Below are positions 24,527 to 37,471 of a DNA stretch of 64,000 nt, piece by piece. The position numbers and the translations under genes are program-made. Below the pieces are notes generated by a model. The model was not told where the DNA came from, searched no databases, and saw only the letters and a program-made list of their open reading frames with translations. Numbering within the stretch: position 1 is the first letter of the stretch; every line of letters begins with the position of its first letter. This stretch comes from Ptychomitrium polyphyllum (lineage: Eukaryota). Location: NCBI GenBank assembly GCA_973851085.1, contig OZ316775.1, positions 22,940,001 to 23,004,000 of the forward strand, in the 5' to 3' direction.

Positions 24527-27265
24527 CTAGATGTGAAGTGCAACAGCTATTGAACCGGCAAGACTCAAAACCTCAAAAGGATCTACGCCTCTCACCTCTT
24601 TCACCGTGCTGGCACACGAGTCAGTCAGCCAAAAGTGAGCAAACCCATGTGCCGCGCCCTCTGCATCACATCCCAAAAATGAATCAACAAACCAGAAAAT
24701 TAATCAAAAAAAACAGGGGCCAAGCACCTGCTAATCACTTGAAATGCTCTTAAGTGCTCGATTTTAATTTACTTTACGAAAGATGCAATAATAAACAATA
24801 AATTCTAAAAATAAACAAACCCGAACAGTCGATCTAAAAGGATGTAAGAGCATATGTGCAGATAATGTACCTCCATTATCGTGTACAAACCGTTTCCATG
24901 ATCTGTTCGGAAAAACTCCATGAGTAACGTAAGCACTCACTTTGCTTGCCCCCATGGTTGCTAAAAGCTTCTGCAAAGTGAAACCAAGCCAAAATGTTCA
25001 TTCATGAAGAATTAAAAAGTAAAACTACCTTCAAATGATTGGAGAGATAATAAACTAGATCATATTTCTTAATTGAGACAGAGGATGAAAATAGTTGACT
25101 AACCTGGCACTCGATCAAAGTGCCTCCTGACTGTACCAAGTCATCTACAATTACAACATGCCGCCCAGTTGGGTCGCCCTCCTTCAGCTTAACGATCCGG
25201 TTGTTGCCATCTCTGACCTTCGTACATATGATCTGCACATTTCCAGCCATTTGTCAAACGCACACTAGAACATAGCATAGGGTTAAAGCATAGGGTTATG
25301 AAATAATACATGTCAGATTCTCACACAAGAATGTTTACAGATTAAGTGACAAGAACCAGCTAAAAGTAGTATATACCATAGGGAAGTGCTGTAGTTGCTT
25401 GTAGAATCGCTTCCAAGCACCCTCGTCAGGAAATGCAATGGTTACATTGTTCGAATCTGGAAGCTGATGGAGACGATGCTTGAGTAATGGAATACCACTC
25501 TCAAAGCATGGCAGCACATTGTCGCCAAAATAAAATCTTTCCTGAAAAAGCAACATGCCCATGTACTTTTAGAAATAAGAAAAAAATTCTGCATACAAAT
25601 TCGTTGTAAGAAAACATAAATGTTAATCTAGTAATATAACTAAGAGACAGACTCAGTATTAGCACAAAAATGGCAGATTTCTAATAATCCATCAAACATA
25701 CTCACTTGAAGCGCATGGATGTCAAAAATAACGAGGCTGGTTGGTCCACCCCTTGAGATTGGAATGTTGGAGAGAATTCTTGCTAGTGTGAATGCCGTAG
25801 CAACATCGCCCTCGTCTTCCATTCGCTCCAACGTCCCAGTGGGAAAAAATGGCAATACCAGAGTAAATGATGAAACGAACATACGAGGCAAGGCATAGAT
25901 AATTGAGAGCTGCTCAAAAATGACTGCCGGGGTGTCGAATGATGCCAAAAAGGCCACATGCTGACCACGAATTCCGTGCGCATTTGGCACAAAAAGATTC
26001 GGGAATCCATCAGCAAACGTCCTGTTACATCACACAAAATTTTGAAAGCTAATAACCTGAAACCTCAAACAACATAAATAAGAGCTTCATTAACAGATAT
26101 CATGTCGTGAGCTGAAAGAAGAGCTAAATAGTCAGCATCCAAATGTGCACAAATTTGAACTACAATTCTGTAAACAAAAACTAAAAGCATTTCATCTCTT
26201 CCTCTTTGAATGAAAACATACCCCCATCTGATAGACTTGAGCTCGACAGAATCTGTCTCTGCAGCAATGCGTCGTGCAAGTTCTTCCGTCTCATCACAAT
26301 AGAATAGACAGACCTGAGACATTCACGTATATCCAAAATCAGGTTTAAAAACTAAAAGAAACTTGTGTATCTCATAGGAAAAAACTCTTGGCTACCAAAA
26401 AATCTATCAACGAAATCCCAAAACCGTTTCAAGCGAGATATTGTCAATAAGTGCATTGATACACTTCCCTAAAATCCTGGGGTTTCTCTGATACTGTAGG
26501 TTCTAAATCACGTAAACAGAAACTTGACTGACTGACTCCTTAAGTACAAATCTATATTCAATCAGAAGAAATGAGACTCTAAAGTGAATGCGTGCCCATT
26601 TGCGTTCCGATCCTTCATGACTAGTAAAGGGAACCACAGCTTCTAATTCTCAAGCTCTTTCAAAACCATGAATTATATTTCACTGAATCCATCGCTCAGT
26701 TCAAAATCAGCTCAGAAGATTCTTTCAAAAAACACAAAGTACATTATGCTACCACCGAGACAAGACAGTTCTCGCTCGCAAGATCCTGGCTGAAAAAGCT
26801 TACATTTGACACTACTGTGAATCGATCTCTGAACTTCAAGGGTAGCTCCAACCTTACTGTAAATGCAATGATTTAGCAACTCAGTTGTGTGAAAAGAAAA
26901 GTAAAGTGAGGTGGATGGAATAGCACCTGCTTCTTATTAGGTCGGTCGGTGAGACTACAAACATCCCCATTGAGCTCGTTGGCGTCAACACCGGAGCCGA
27001 TCAACGCAGCGCTAATAGGAATGGTGGAAATGCCAGCGTAGATATCAGTGGTGGGTGGGCCAGGGGCGGACGCTCCCGCATCGGCTGCAGCTGCATTGGC
27101 AACTGCCGCAACCTCATGGGGCTGCACTCGCGGCATGATGGCTGAGCACAAAATGAAGCGGGAGTAGGGCGGAGAGACACGAAGAGGTAGGGCGACGAGG
27201 CGAGTGGGGGAAAAGAAGGGGGTTTTCAGATAGCCGCAGGTAATGAAGGAGACCAGGGATGCCAT
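24527..27265 (-). CDS. PRS3: Class II ribose-phosphate pyrophosphokinase (PRS3/PRS4 type) with a putative organellar transit peptide; 7 exons
   Basis: [117 protein letters not shown]. The last exon ends [16 protein letters not shown] with TAG at 24527-24529. PRS3 versus PRS4 orthology is not resolved. Confidence 0.92.
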
Positions 27266-28039
27266 GCGGAGGACGACGGTGTCATGGCCAATGACAAATG
27301 CTCCTCACTCGCCACCACCGCTTGATGTGGCCACCCACAATCGAGACTCCGAGAAGACGCTAACGTCTACTCATCCCCGAATTCGAAAAACCCAACACGT
27401 GATCCTCACTGCATCAATGCCAACAAAACCCTCAGCAAACAACAAATTCCAATCCGCAATGCAACAATCGACAAAGAAATACTTCGTCAGTCGAATCCCG
27501 GATCACCAAACTTGGACCGTGTGCGCAATCACAACAACGGCAAGCACAGACCAATCCCAAACACGAAAAGTCAAGTCTCAAGCTGACCACAACCCTAGAA
27601 TGTGACACCACAACCCGCCACTTCCAACAACGTCACACTGCAAATAATCTCGTAAACCCTCACGCTCACCTACATGTCGTCTCACCAAAACCACCTCAGC
27701 AGACAAATATTTTTCAAAGCAGGAATAGCCATTCAAACCTTGAGTATCCTTTCACCAGGAAGGGTGGGGAACAAAAACAAAATAAACCTGGATCATGAGC
27801 ATGTTGCGTTGAGGCCGCCTAAAGGCCAGATAAAAAGGGAGAGAAACGATTCCGTTGTGGGGAGGCCCCTGACGGAGCGCCGCACCTGGCCCCTGACGGC
27901 GGGGCTGTTGGGGCTGTGGTGTGATTGTGGGGGTGTTGGGGCTGTTGCAGGAGTTTTGCAGCAGCTTTCGCGTCCCCGCCATAACCACTTTGTATAAAAC
28001 TTGGTGTCACCAACGCATAAATTTAGATTGCTCATAACC

Positions 28040-29720
28040 TATTGAAGAAATGCAACAAAGCTAGTACAATAAGCACGAAGAGAGCAAAGTTGCAACAAGA
28101 GAAGTGTGGAGTAAGATGACTCCCACTTCCAAAACCCTTTTACTAATATTTTAGAGTCATTCACCAAAGTGTGCCACTTGGCGGCCATGCATTTGCCTCC
28201 ACTATATGAGTGACATGTGGCGGCTAATCCTAACCCTAGCCGCCATAGCCGCCACCCTAACCCTAACGGCCGCCCTAATCCTAGATGCCATACAAAACCC
28301 ATGTTGCCTTTTCTTAACCCTAGCCTCCATATCTCCTATGGCCTCTTTCTTCACATCCCTTTGACCATTGGCAACATACCATCCTCTAAGCCTACACAAG
28401 GATACTTCAACTAGGATTACTTTATATGTTTCACACTTTGCAACACTCCTACTTTGCTACTGGTCGAAGGACCTTTAATCCAATTGACCTCGTCAACAAC
28501 TGGTGTCTATCCTTTACCAATGCTTTTGTCAACAAATCAGCAAGCATGCCCTTTGTTGCACAATACCTCATATCTATCACTCCATCTTCAATCTTCTCTC
28601 TTATAAAGTGATGTTGGATGTCGATGTGCTTTGTTCATGAATGATGCTTGGGATTCTTGGCAAAGGCAAGACATCCTTAATTGTCACACATGATAGGCGT
28701 TGCACCCACTTGTACAAGTCCAATGTCCTCCAAGAGTTGCCTCAGCCACATTGCTTCCATCGCACCATGACTTGCCGCCATGTACTCCGCCTCCATGGTT
28801 GACCTTGCAATTGTGGGTTGCCTCTTGCAGTTCCAAGAAATGGCTCCCACTCCAACGAAGAACACATACCCCATTGTAGAGCGCCTATCATTTGCATCTC
28901 CAACCCAATCCGCATCATAAAACCCTTGCAACTCAATGTTATCACCTCCTAAACACAACACAAAGTCCAAGGTGCCTTTCTAGTACCTCATGATCCTCTT
29001 GATGGTTGTCCAGTGCATGGGGCCGGCCTTGGACATGTGTTGGCTCACAACACTCACCAAAAACGCAAGATCAAACCTTGTGCCCACTATGGCATACATG
29101 AGGCACTCTACTCCGGCCTTGTATAGAACTCCTTGCATTTCGCCCTCCACTTCAACATACTCCTCATCACTTAGCTTCAGCAACCTCAAGTTAGCCTCCA
29201 AGGACGTTCCCACTGGCTTACAGTCTTCCATGTTGAATCGCTTCAACACCTCTTCGATGTACTTCCTCTGGCTCATGGTAATGGTCCTCTTTGCACGATC
29301 CCTCACAAATTCCACTCCAAGACAATAGTGTAACTCGCCCAAATCACTCATCTCAAACTCCTGCTCTAATTTGGCCTTCAGCCACTCTAGCTTTTCCAAA
29401 AGGTTGGCCAACATGATCAAAGTCATCTACATAGAGAATCACAATCAACAAGAACTCCATGGTCTGCATCACATATAAGGAATGATCCGCCTCACTTCTC
29501 ACAAACCCTTCCTTCCTAAAGAATGCATCAATGCGTTGGTACCAAGAGCCCATATAAGGCCTTCTTCAACTTGCAAACAAAGTGTTCCAAGCCTTCATGT
29601 ACAAATCCTGGAAGTTGCTCCATATAGATATCTTCTTCCATGTTTATTAATCTTGAAATCCATTGCTCCTTTTTCATTCATTCCTTACCTTCAATGCTTT
29701 GATTTGACATAATGGAGTGA
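28040..29720 (-). mobile_element. Ty1/copia 3' fragment (RT, RNase H, PPT, 3' LTR), degenerate
   Basis: CKLKKALYG, WYQRIDAFF, LYVDD, FEMSDLGELHYCLG, YDADWVGDANDRRST, STMEAEYMA, MCDN, TKHIDIQHHF. PPT-like AAAGTAGGAG is followed by TGTTG at 28445. The LTR runs ~28040-28445. Confidence 0.88.
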
Positions 29721-30414
29721 ACGAATAGGTGTGATTTTGGATTAGCATGGTATATATGTGTTGGAAGAATGTTCAGTTGTGGCATTCCAAATCCATGCTA
29801 CAAGTATTTCTAAGAAATATAGTCACAAGTAAGTTATGTCAAATTTTTAAGGGCATTCAAGGGGATTAAGTTAGATTCCTTTTTCATCAATGTTGGTGTA
29901 CACATTGGTATAAAAAATGAAACGATTAAATAGTATGGGATGATAAAAAAGACATATCAGTAAAGTAGAGTTGCGCATGTCAGTATTCAATATTCATGCC
30001 ATTTCTACAGTGTAGATCACAGGGTATTTCAGGAAAAAATGTTATTATAAAAGATCCCAAAAACTGGGAGATTACTTTTGAAAGGAGGTTTGTTTGGTGG
30101 GACGAGAAACCGATGTAGCAGACCATGCGGAAGCACAATGCAGGCCTACAGAACCTCAAAAGAGGAGTAAAGACTAGGAGTGAAATATTGGGACAGCACT
30201 ACATCCGATGAACGACAGAACCACGGCCATTACGACATGGTGGTGCCATGGCATGGCAGATTTGCAGGACTGCAGAACATCACCGATTCCCAAACGTGCC
30301 CAGTCGGAGTGCGCAAGGGTGGCCACATGCCCACATCTTCTCCGGGCTTCTGTGAAGGTTGCCGTCTGAGGTGTGTCTGTTGTATGTGTGTGTGTGGACA
30401 GTCGGGTTTGGCTC

Positions 30415-32791
30415 TCAAACATCCCGACACAAGGCCATGAGGGCGGTGTCGTTCTCGTTCTTGTTGAAATCTAATTTCTTCGGTTCGTGGTTGAGGTTGT
30501 TTGGGTTGGCTGAGAGATCCAGCTGCGCTCTGCCGCTAGCTTGCTTCGAAAGCTTGTCGACTTCCACTACATGCTGGGACACTAGAGCAGCAGCGGTGCT
30601 CTCACTCTTGCGGACGCCTTTCTTGTAGTAGACACACCACAGGACGAGCTGCGCCACGGTGAGCACGGTGCCCAGGCCGTTTGGGATCTGTACGAAATTT
30701 CAAGATAATCCATGGTTATCTCACCAAACAGGGACTTGCAGGAACAAGCTCCCAATCTCGAATGTTCAACCAAGAGTTAAGATAGACAACATACGCAGAT
30801 ATGGCAAAGTTTGATCTTACGTAGATGAAGATGTCTTTTTTAATGGTTCCAAAAGCTGTCCAGATGAGGCCGTTACAGAAACAAGCAAATGATAGCAGGA
30901 ACGGCATGCTTGCCACCGATTGTGACCTGATCACTTCTTTCTGCTTACAGTCCACAGTCCAAGAGCATGCTAGGGTTAAGATTAGTGAAGGCTTTGCATG
31001 ATTTACATAGACTATTTCTGTGGCAGTTTACAGTGCCTTACAGTTAATTGTCGATTAGATATCACTAGCTTCTCCGTGAATTTTGTTCACTGTGGATATA
31101 GATTTTCCTGAAGAATCCTTCGGGTTCACAACCATTCTATGTACCAGAAGGTTAATTTTTATGCCCAACTTTTATATAGGAATGAATCGATTTGGCATTG
31201 AGTGATCAGAGGATCAGGTAGTGTGTTCACCATGACCGAAAGAGGAGATGCATACATAACCACGCCGATTATAACACAAGCTGAACCTACAATTTGAGTT
31301 CGATCTCCTTTTGAAGAAAATGCCATCAAAACCACTGAGACGATAGCCCCATACAATATGCTAATTACAGTCAGCAAGATTGATATTGTCTTCTGCATTT
31401 CATTTCCAGATATGCACTAGATTAGATTAATGCTTTACAGAAAATGTCTAGCTATGAACTTTGAATTATTGATAAGCCTTGAATTTACATATGATGAACT
31501 TATTGTCACGGCAAGGTATAATTTGAGTTTCAAGACTTCACATACCCTGCTATTCTGGGTGCCGAAAAGAAGGTGGATTACAAGGTAACACCCTTCTATG
31601 ATCAAGCCGGAAACGTTGATGGAGAGCACGAAAATAAGTCCTGCTACTGCGCTGGAACCATAGAATGTCCATAGCATGCAATTGAGGAGTGTTGCAATGT
31701 ATGGTAATGCCGAGTATGGTCCTGTGCTCTTAGTCTTGCAAATCTGGTAGAATGTGGGCCTGCGCATGGTTTGAATTCTCATACTTGATTTAGTGTTAGC
31801 TCTGATTTTTAAAATTGAGACTTTCAAGTCATGCTGGAGACGAACGCGTAGTATTCGCTTGCAGATTAGTGTGACAACATATTGCGAATGACTTGTCACG
31901 TAATATATCAGTGATACATCAGGAGATAATTTACGAAGACTATATCTTAGTGGCGAAAATGAAAGGGTAGTGGCGACTGCAAACTCACAGTGGAGCAAGA
32001 AATAGTCCCATTGCTGTAATGTTTCCTGCAAAGCAAAATTAGAAAACTTAAGTGAGTGGTTGCGAATTATGTGTAATGTTTCCCTCACTCTGCAAAAGCT
32101 GGTGAGAAGGGCAGGGAAATTAATGATGGCTTGATTGATCTTGCTAGTCTGGCACTTTAGATGTCCTCATGATAGATAAATCATGTAAAATACGGAATGC
32201 TCTGCTTTTTCATTTCAACTGAGTCTTGGAAAAACTGTCTGCTAGGGTTTGATAGACGGCATGAGGATTTAATCCCTGAATTGTGCTGTGGAGTGACCTC
32301 ACAAGTATACGGTTTCTCATTTTGCGAGTAAACAGCAGTTCTGACCAACGAATCAATGTGGTCTTCTGCAATAAGGTAAGAGTTCAGGGCAGCAACGCTC
32401 TTTTACAAACGATGATATCATTAAGTGAACGTTTTTCTGACTATGTACCTACTTTTTCCATGGATCGTTGGGCAACCAATGTTGGCTCTTGTTGGGAGCA
32501 GTTATAGTAAACGAACACTTCCAGCAATGGCGAACGACGTCACCAGTGTTCGCTCTATAACGTACTTCACAGTGCTCCCTAAAATTACTGTTTTTAGTTT
32601 ATTCCAGAAAAAGTTGAAGGGCACTTCACACTAAACAAATTGAAGCTGTGCAATTTGCATCGAAAATAACCAAATCCTCTTCTAATATTCACACATTGAG
32701 ATGAGAACAGTGCTATGTGGTTAGGTAGCAAGCACACACCTAATATTCCCAGCACCGTCAACAAGTCGTCCGTCCGACCAGAGCTCACCAT
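30415..32791 (-). CDS. SWEET: SWEET sugar transporter (MtN3/saliva family), 6 exons
   Basis: Canonical SWEET exon layout: LGILG | 37-nt exon GNITAMGLFLAPL | PTFYQICKTKSTGPYSALPYIATLLNCMLWTFYG | MYASPLSVM | VIRSQSVASMPFLLS | IPNGLGTVLTVAQLVLW. Stop at 30415-30417. Confidence 0.93.
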
Positions 32792-33922
32792 CTCCGCAGA
32801 TTTGTGAAAGCCGATCCCTAATCTTAGAATGCTGGACGCATCTACAATATGCGTAAATAAAACTTTTCGCAGAATAACGAGGTTTAAGAATAATTAAGAA
32901 GCGTCGTAGAATCTTCAGGATAAATCACACGTTTGAGACGCACTCCCTTAAAAAATTTACATCTCCGCAATATCCTCAGCCACAATGCAGAAATTCACAT
33001 ACACTCTAAATCAACATCATTACGGGCTAGCCAAAACCTGTCGAGGTATCCCTGAAATCCAGGGTACCGCTGCGCTCTGGACACTCTCGGAATCGGAGTG
33101 AAGTTTATAGCCTAAGGGAACCAACAGATTCAATATTTTTTGGAAGAAATGGGAATCTGAAAAGGAGAAAGGGAGGGACATCAAGAAGTATGGGCAGGTG
33201 AAGAGGAATACCGTTACAAAGAGGAGAGTGACAGTTATAAGTCCCATGGTATTATCTTCATCATCCAAAACGTCCATTTAATCACACTCTAAGTTTTTTT
33301 ATCAACTGCTTAACCAGTCATTCCTCAGTGGAGCTCCCTCGCACCAGTGGCGAGACGGAGATCTTCTTTCACGACTTAATAGGTGTAACTGGTTCGAAAT
33401 CTTTTTTCCAGTTCACCTTCACGCTGTAACATTGACAATTTGACGTGGCATCCTTGGGCCTGGATAAAGAAACCAGCTCTCAGCATAACACACCTTTCGA
33501 GCATTATCTCTGTGACAAAAGGACCTTCATGGGCTTAAAAGAGGTACTTGTGGACATTGTGATGTCAACTCAAGCCAGCTGATCCAAAATTGTAGTTGTC
33601 TCTTTCAATGACCATCTATTTTTGGATAAGAACAAAGGCTGGTCACGTCCAAGGTTCTTCTTGCCATGAGTCTTCGACATTTGCAAGAAGATTTTATGAG
33701 ATGGCTCTTAACAACTCTGGAAATAATTAGATTAGGATGAAAATAGGAAACATTAATTCAGCCGTTGAATGCTTTCTTTTGTCTAAGTCTCGCCCGTCTT
33801 GACCAGCTATCATGCCATCGCCGTCTGGGATAATCTTACAAATACCAAACAGTTGATATACATTGATGTCTTTCGATTTTCCAGAAGATCGCTCTGGATT
33901 TTCTCATTCCAACTCAATCGAG

Positions 33923-35354
33923 TTATCTCCATACAGGTTTCCTCGTAAGAGTATTGGAATCTGTCATCCAAAAGTCCAAAAACAATTTACAAAAGTGAAT
34001 TGATATGCGCTATAAACTCAATGGACGACGAACACTTAGCAGTTCAGTGTGAAGAAAACGATCTGTACAGAACAGTGCTCAATTCTGAATTACCGTAGAA
34101 AATACAAGTTCCCTTCATACTCTGTAGCAACAAGGAAAATTCAAGCTGAATAATGATTTTGAGCGGCAAAAGGAATATTTTAATCAGAGTACCGTGAAGT
34201 TCGCTCTGACTCTGCTCTTGTAGCAGACTGCAGATAGGTGGCGAGGTTGCCCTAGTGGTCGACTGCATCAACTCCAAATCTTTCTCAAGGCCGTAACAGA
34301 AACTCATCGAGTTTTGAAAAGGTGTCTCCAAATCCTTCTCATACGCTATGATCATAGAGTGAAACTTGTTCTGATTGCATTCCTTGCAAGAACAGAAGAA
34401 GTCTTAGTTATATCAAGTGAAGAACGCCTAGGACATTTTGAACTCGGCACACCAAGCTTGATAGGAATGTAACATCATCCAAGTTATATCGGAATGATTA
34501 CCACAGCCTCGTTGGCATTGAAATCAGTCATGTTCGGAGGCCTCCAATCTCGTAATTGTACCTGTAAATTTCTCAACCGCATCTTTACTTCTGGGGACGC
34601 GCCTACCTTCATCAACACAACTTAAGAAGACGTGATGAGAACAGAATCGAAACATTGTCACTTCGTATTAAATTTCTAAATTTACAGCTAAGTATAGGTT
34701 ACGTTTCAAATGGAACAAAATCAAGATTAAAATAACTAAGATAGCAAATGGCCGAGACGGCGCTCACCCTGCGATGGCTAATGTAAGCTTCAACAAGGCG
34801 TGGGTAGAAGCCATGGCAAAGAATACTGGCTTTCATATTGTCAAGTCGTGTTGCCGTTTCAGGATTCCAGGCCTTCTGAAGCGTCTCCTGGTGAGCATCT
34901 TTCAAAGCTGCTGTGGCAACCCTTGCTGCTGGCCTAGTACTTGAGTCTTGAAACTCATCGCAGATACCCAGATTCGTGAATTGATTCGCGATCCCGTGGC
35001 TTGAAGCTCGAAGACCGACATTAGCCATTTCATAAAGCCCATACTGACGCGGTGACAAGCAATCAGCATCTTCATATGTCACACCTGACGATTCATTATA
35101 TTGTGGAGTGGTAACCTTTACTGGAAAACCCGATGGCGATTTTGGAGGTGGTATATTGGTAGGAGTGTCGCAGAAAATGTTGTCATCAGGACTAACAACT
35201 TTGTCATTAGTGAGACGTGTTCCTGGGGACGAAGGTGATAACGAGCCACATAAACTATGCATTGAATCCACTGAGAAGCATGGAGATAGAACTCCAGCAG
35301 CGATAGCCTTCGAAGATTTGCATCCTCCACTATTGAACCCAGTTCTCAACTTCC
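33923..35354 (-). CDS. KNOX-family protein with KNOX1 and KNOX2 (MEINOX) domains only; no ELK or homeodomain found; 5' start uncertain (possibly 36125)
   Basis: KNOX1-like MKASILCHGFYPRLVEAYISHRR|VGASPEV (exon 35354-34768, next exon from 34606). KNOX2-like FHSMIIAYEKDLETPFQNSMSFCYGLEKDL (exon ~34382-34193). The next acceptor (33960) gives DSNTLTRKPVWR with TAA at 33923-33925. Confidence 0.72.
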
Positions 35355-35560
35355 CTGCATCAGAGACAAAACACAGACGCACAGGAGATCACAAAAGTCA
35401 GTAAAAGCAAACCCCCATTCAAACCAATAAATTAAACCAATACATGCATCACCTTTAACACCGAAAGTGCAAAGAATTGCAGGTTTCAGTGCTATCTAAA
35501 TAGTAAGCATCCGGCTGGTATAAATAGTCCTCCGTCACTCAATGTAAATGCTTCTGGCAT

Positions 35561-35633
35561 GCCGTCCTAGCTCAGTTGGCAGAGCGCAAGGCTTTTAACC
35601 TTGTGGTCCAGTGTTCAAGCCCCTGGGGTGGCG
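35561..35633 (+). tRNA. trnK-UUU: tRNA-Lys(UUU)
   Basis: 73-nt cloverleaf GCCGTCC TA GCTC AGTTGGCA GAGC G CAAGG CTTTTAA CCTTG TGGTC CAGTG TTCAAGC CCCTG GGGTGGC G, anticodon TTT. One T-C mismatch in the T stem. Confidence 0.9.
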
Positions 35634-35637
35634 ATCC

Positions 35638-35641
35638 TTTT
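35638..35641 (+). terminator. Pol III oligo-T terminator of tRNA-Lys
   Basis: TTTT starts 5 nt after the discriminator base. Confidence 0.55.
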
Positions 35642-36668
35642 ACAAGACTAGCAGTGAAATTATTACGTGTCCTTTCGAAAACAAGGCTTCCCATGCTTCA
35701 AAGATTCCACCATTCATGTCCTAGGCTGTGATGACTTACTCAAAACAATGTTACTCTGAACCTACTGCGACGCGAGGATACAGAAGAATGACATGGAATC
35801 GCAAAAGCCCTGGAACCTGGAAACTAATCAAGCTGATAATTTATCACTTGCTCTTGTAAAACAACAAGAGGAATAACTCACGGGGTTCAATTGTCAAGAG
35901 ATCAAATGAAGAGTTGAAGCACTCTGCCTGTTCCATCTGACAGCCCACTGCATGTGGTCGCCGTCTTGCACCTTCTTTGCCTCCGAAGTACTGTAATCCA
36001 CAATACTCGTGTTGTAGATCACCATCGCCATCTGTAACACCTACATTGGGTTCTCTAGTGACTGAATCTCCACAACACGCATGAGGTTTTGCTTTTAGCT
36101 CACCTTGGTAGAGCTCTTTCCGCATGTGGAGTGCAGGCACGAAGTGTCCATCATGGCGCAAGGGGTTGTGGAGCTGCACCACGCTATGGCCGTGGGTTGC
36201 ACACTCGAATATCTCTCGTTTCCGCTGCTGGTCTTTCTCAATAAAAGCCTTCTACACAGCAGACAAACCCTCCGCCTCCCAGAGCCGCGCGATAAAGCCC
36301 CCGTCGTGCAGATCCCCTGCGCTCAAGATGGGTGAGCGCTTGGATGGCTGCCGCGCCTGGCTTCGCGGGTCTCCGCGAGGGTGGAATTGCAAACAAGGGC
36401 GAGGAGAGACTAAGGCAACTGTATTATCAGATGTTTGGCGAATCACCACCATAGTGGTAGAGCTCACAGAACCACCAACGGCCATAGGCAGGGCAATGTG
36501 AGGAAAGGAGAGAAAATGAGGAGCGCGGTCTACGCTGCAGGGGTCGCAGCCGCAGCGTAGAGGGGCAATGGCATGCGCGCCGCTCCCAAGCCGTGTGGCC
36601 GGGCGTGCGCCGGGTGAGGGGCGTTCCTCTTGGGATCCCTGCCACGCCGCTCTCCTTCGCCCCCCTTC

Positions 36669-36712
36669 GCCTTCCCCTGTAGCCTTCCCCTGTAGCCTTC
36701 CCCTGTAGCCTT
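36669..36712. repeat. 13-bp tandem repeat (GCCTTCCCCTGTA) x3.4
   Basis: Three perfect copies plus a partial copy, read directly from the sequence. Confidence 0.9.
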
Positions 36713-37471
36713 TACATACAATATAAAGTTATAGCTTTTTACTTGTAATTTATGTATGCATGATTAGATCCACTGTATCACTACCAAAAATGAAATCTAA
36801 CATTAAAATGCTAGATCAACTTTTCTTTACTTGAATTTTTTAAGCTAAGTCAAAAGTATAAACACTCAAGATGATGAAAATTTGATAATGATGTGATATT
36901 TAAAGTTTCCATATGAGATTAATTTTGAAATTCATATTGTACAATTTATAATCAATTAGTATATGTATTTAGAGAATCTTTGATTCAACATTTTTTGTTT
37001 GGCTACAACATGAATTAAATGGAATTATAATACTCTTCAAATTAGAGGAAAAAATATTCCTTTGAACGGATGAAGATTGATATTTATTTTTATAAAAGAA
37101 ATATTTGAATCCATTCATGCTTCAAAAGTTAATTACGTATATGGTGACTAATAGACAAATGTACCTATTTGCAACATTTAAGACCATAGTTAACTGGATT
37201 TCTTAATATAAACATTTGGCGATTAAAAAGGAATAAAACTGTTGAAAATAAATGTAATATAGTAAAAAAAAAGTAGTTCAAAGTGTAGGCTAAAATAGAA
37301 TTCAATAGATGTATGCGTTCCAAAACATAAAGACCAATGACCAATCTATGGGGCCATATAACACTGGGTCACATTTCAACCACGCTGTTCTAGGTCACCT
37401 TTAATGCCCAGCAGTCCGTTGAGATAGCATGCGAACTGAGACTGCACGGTTTCAAAACACCGTCGATCTTC

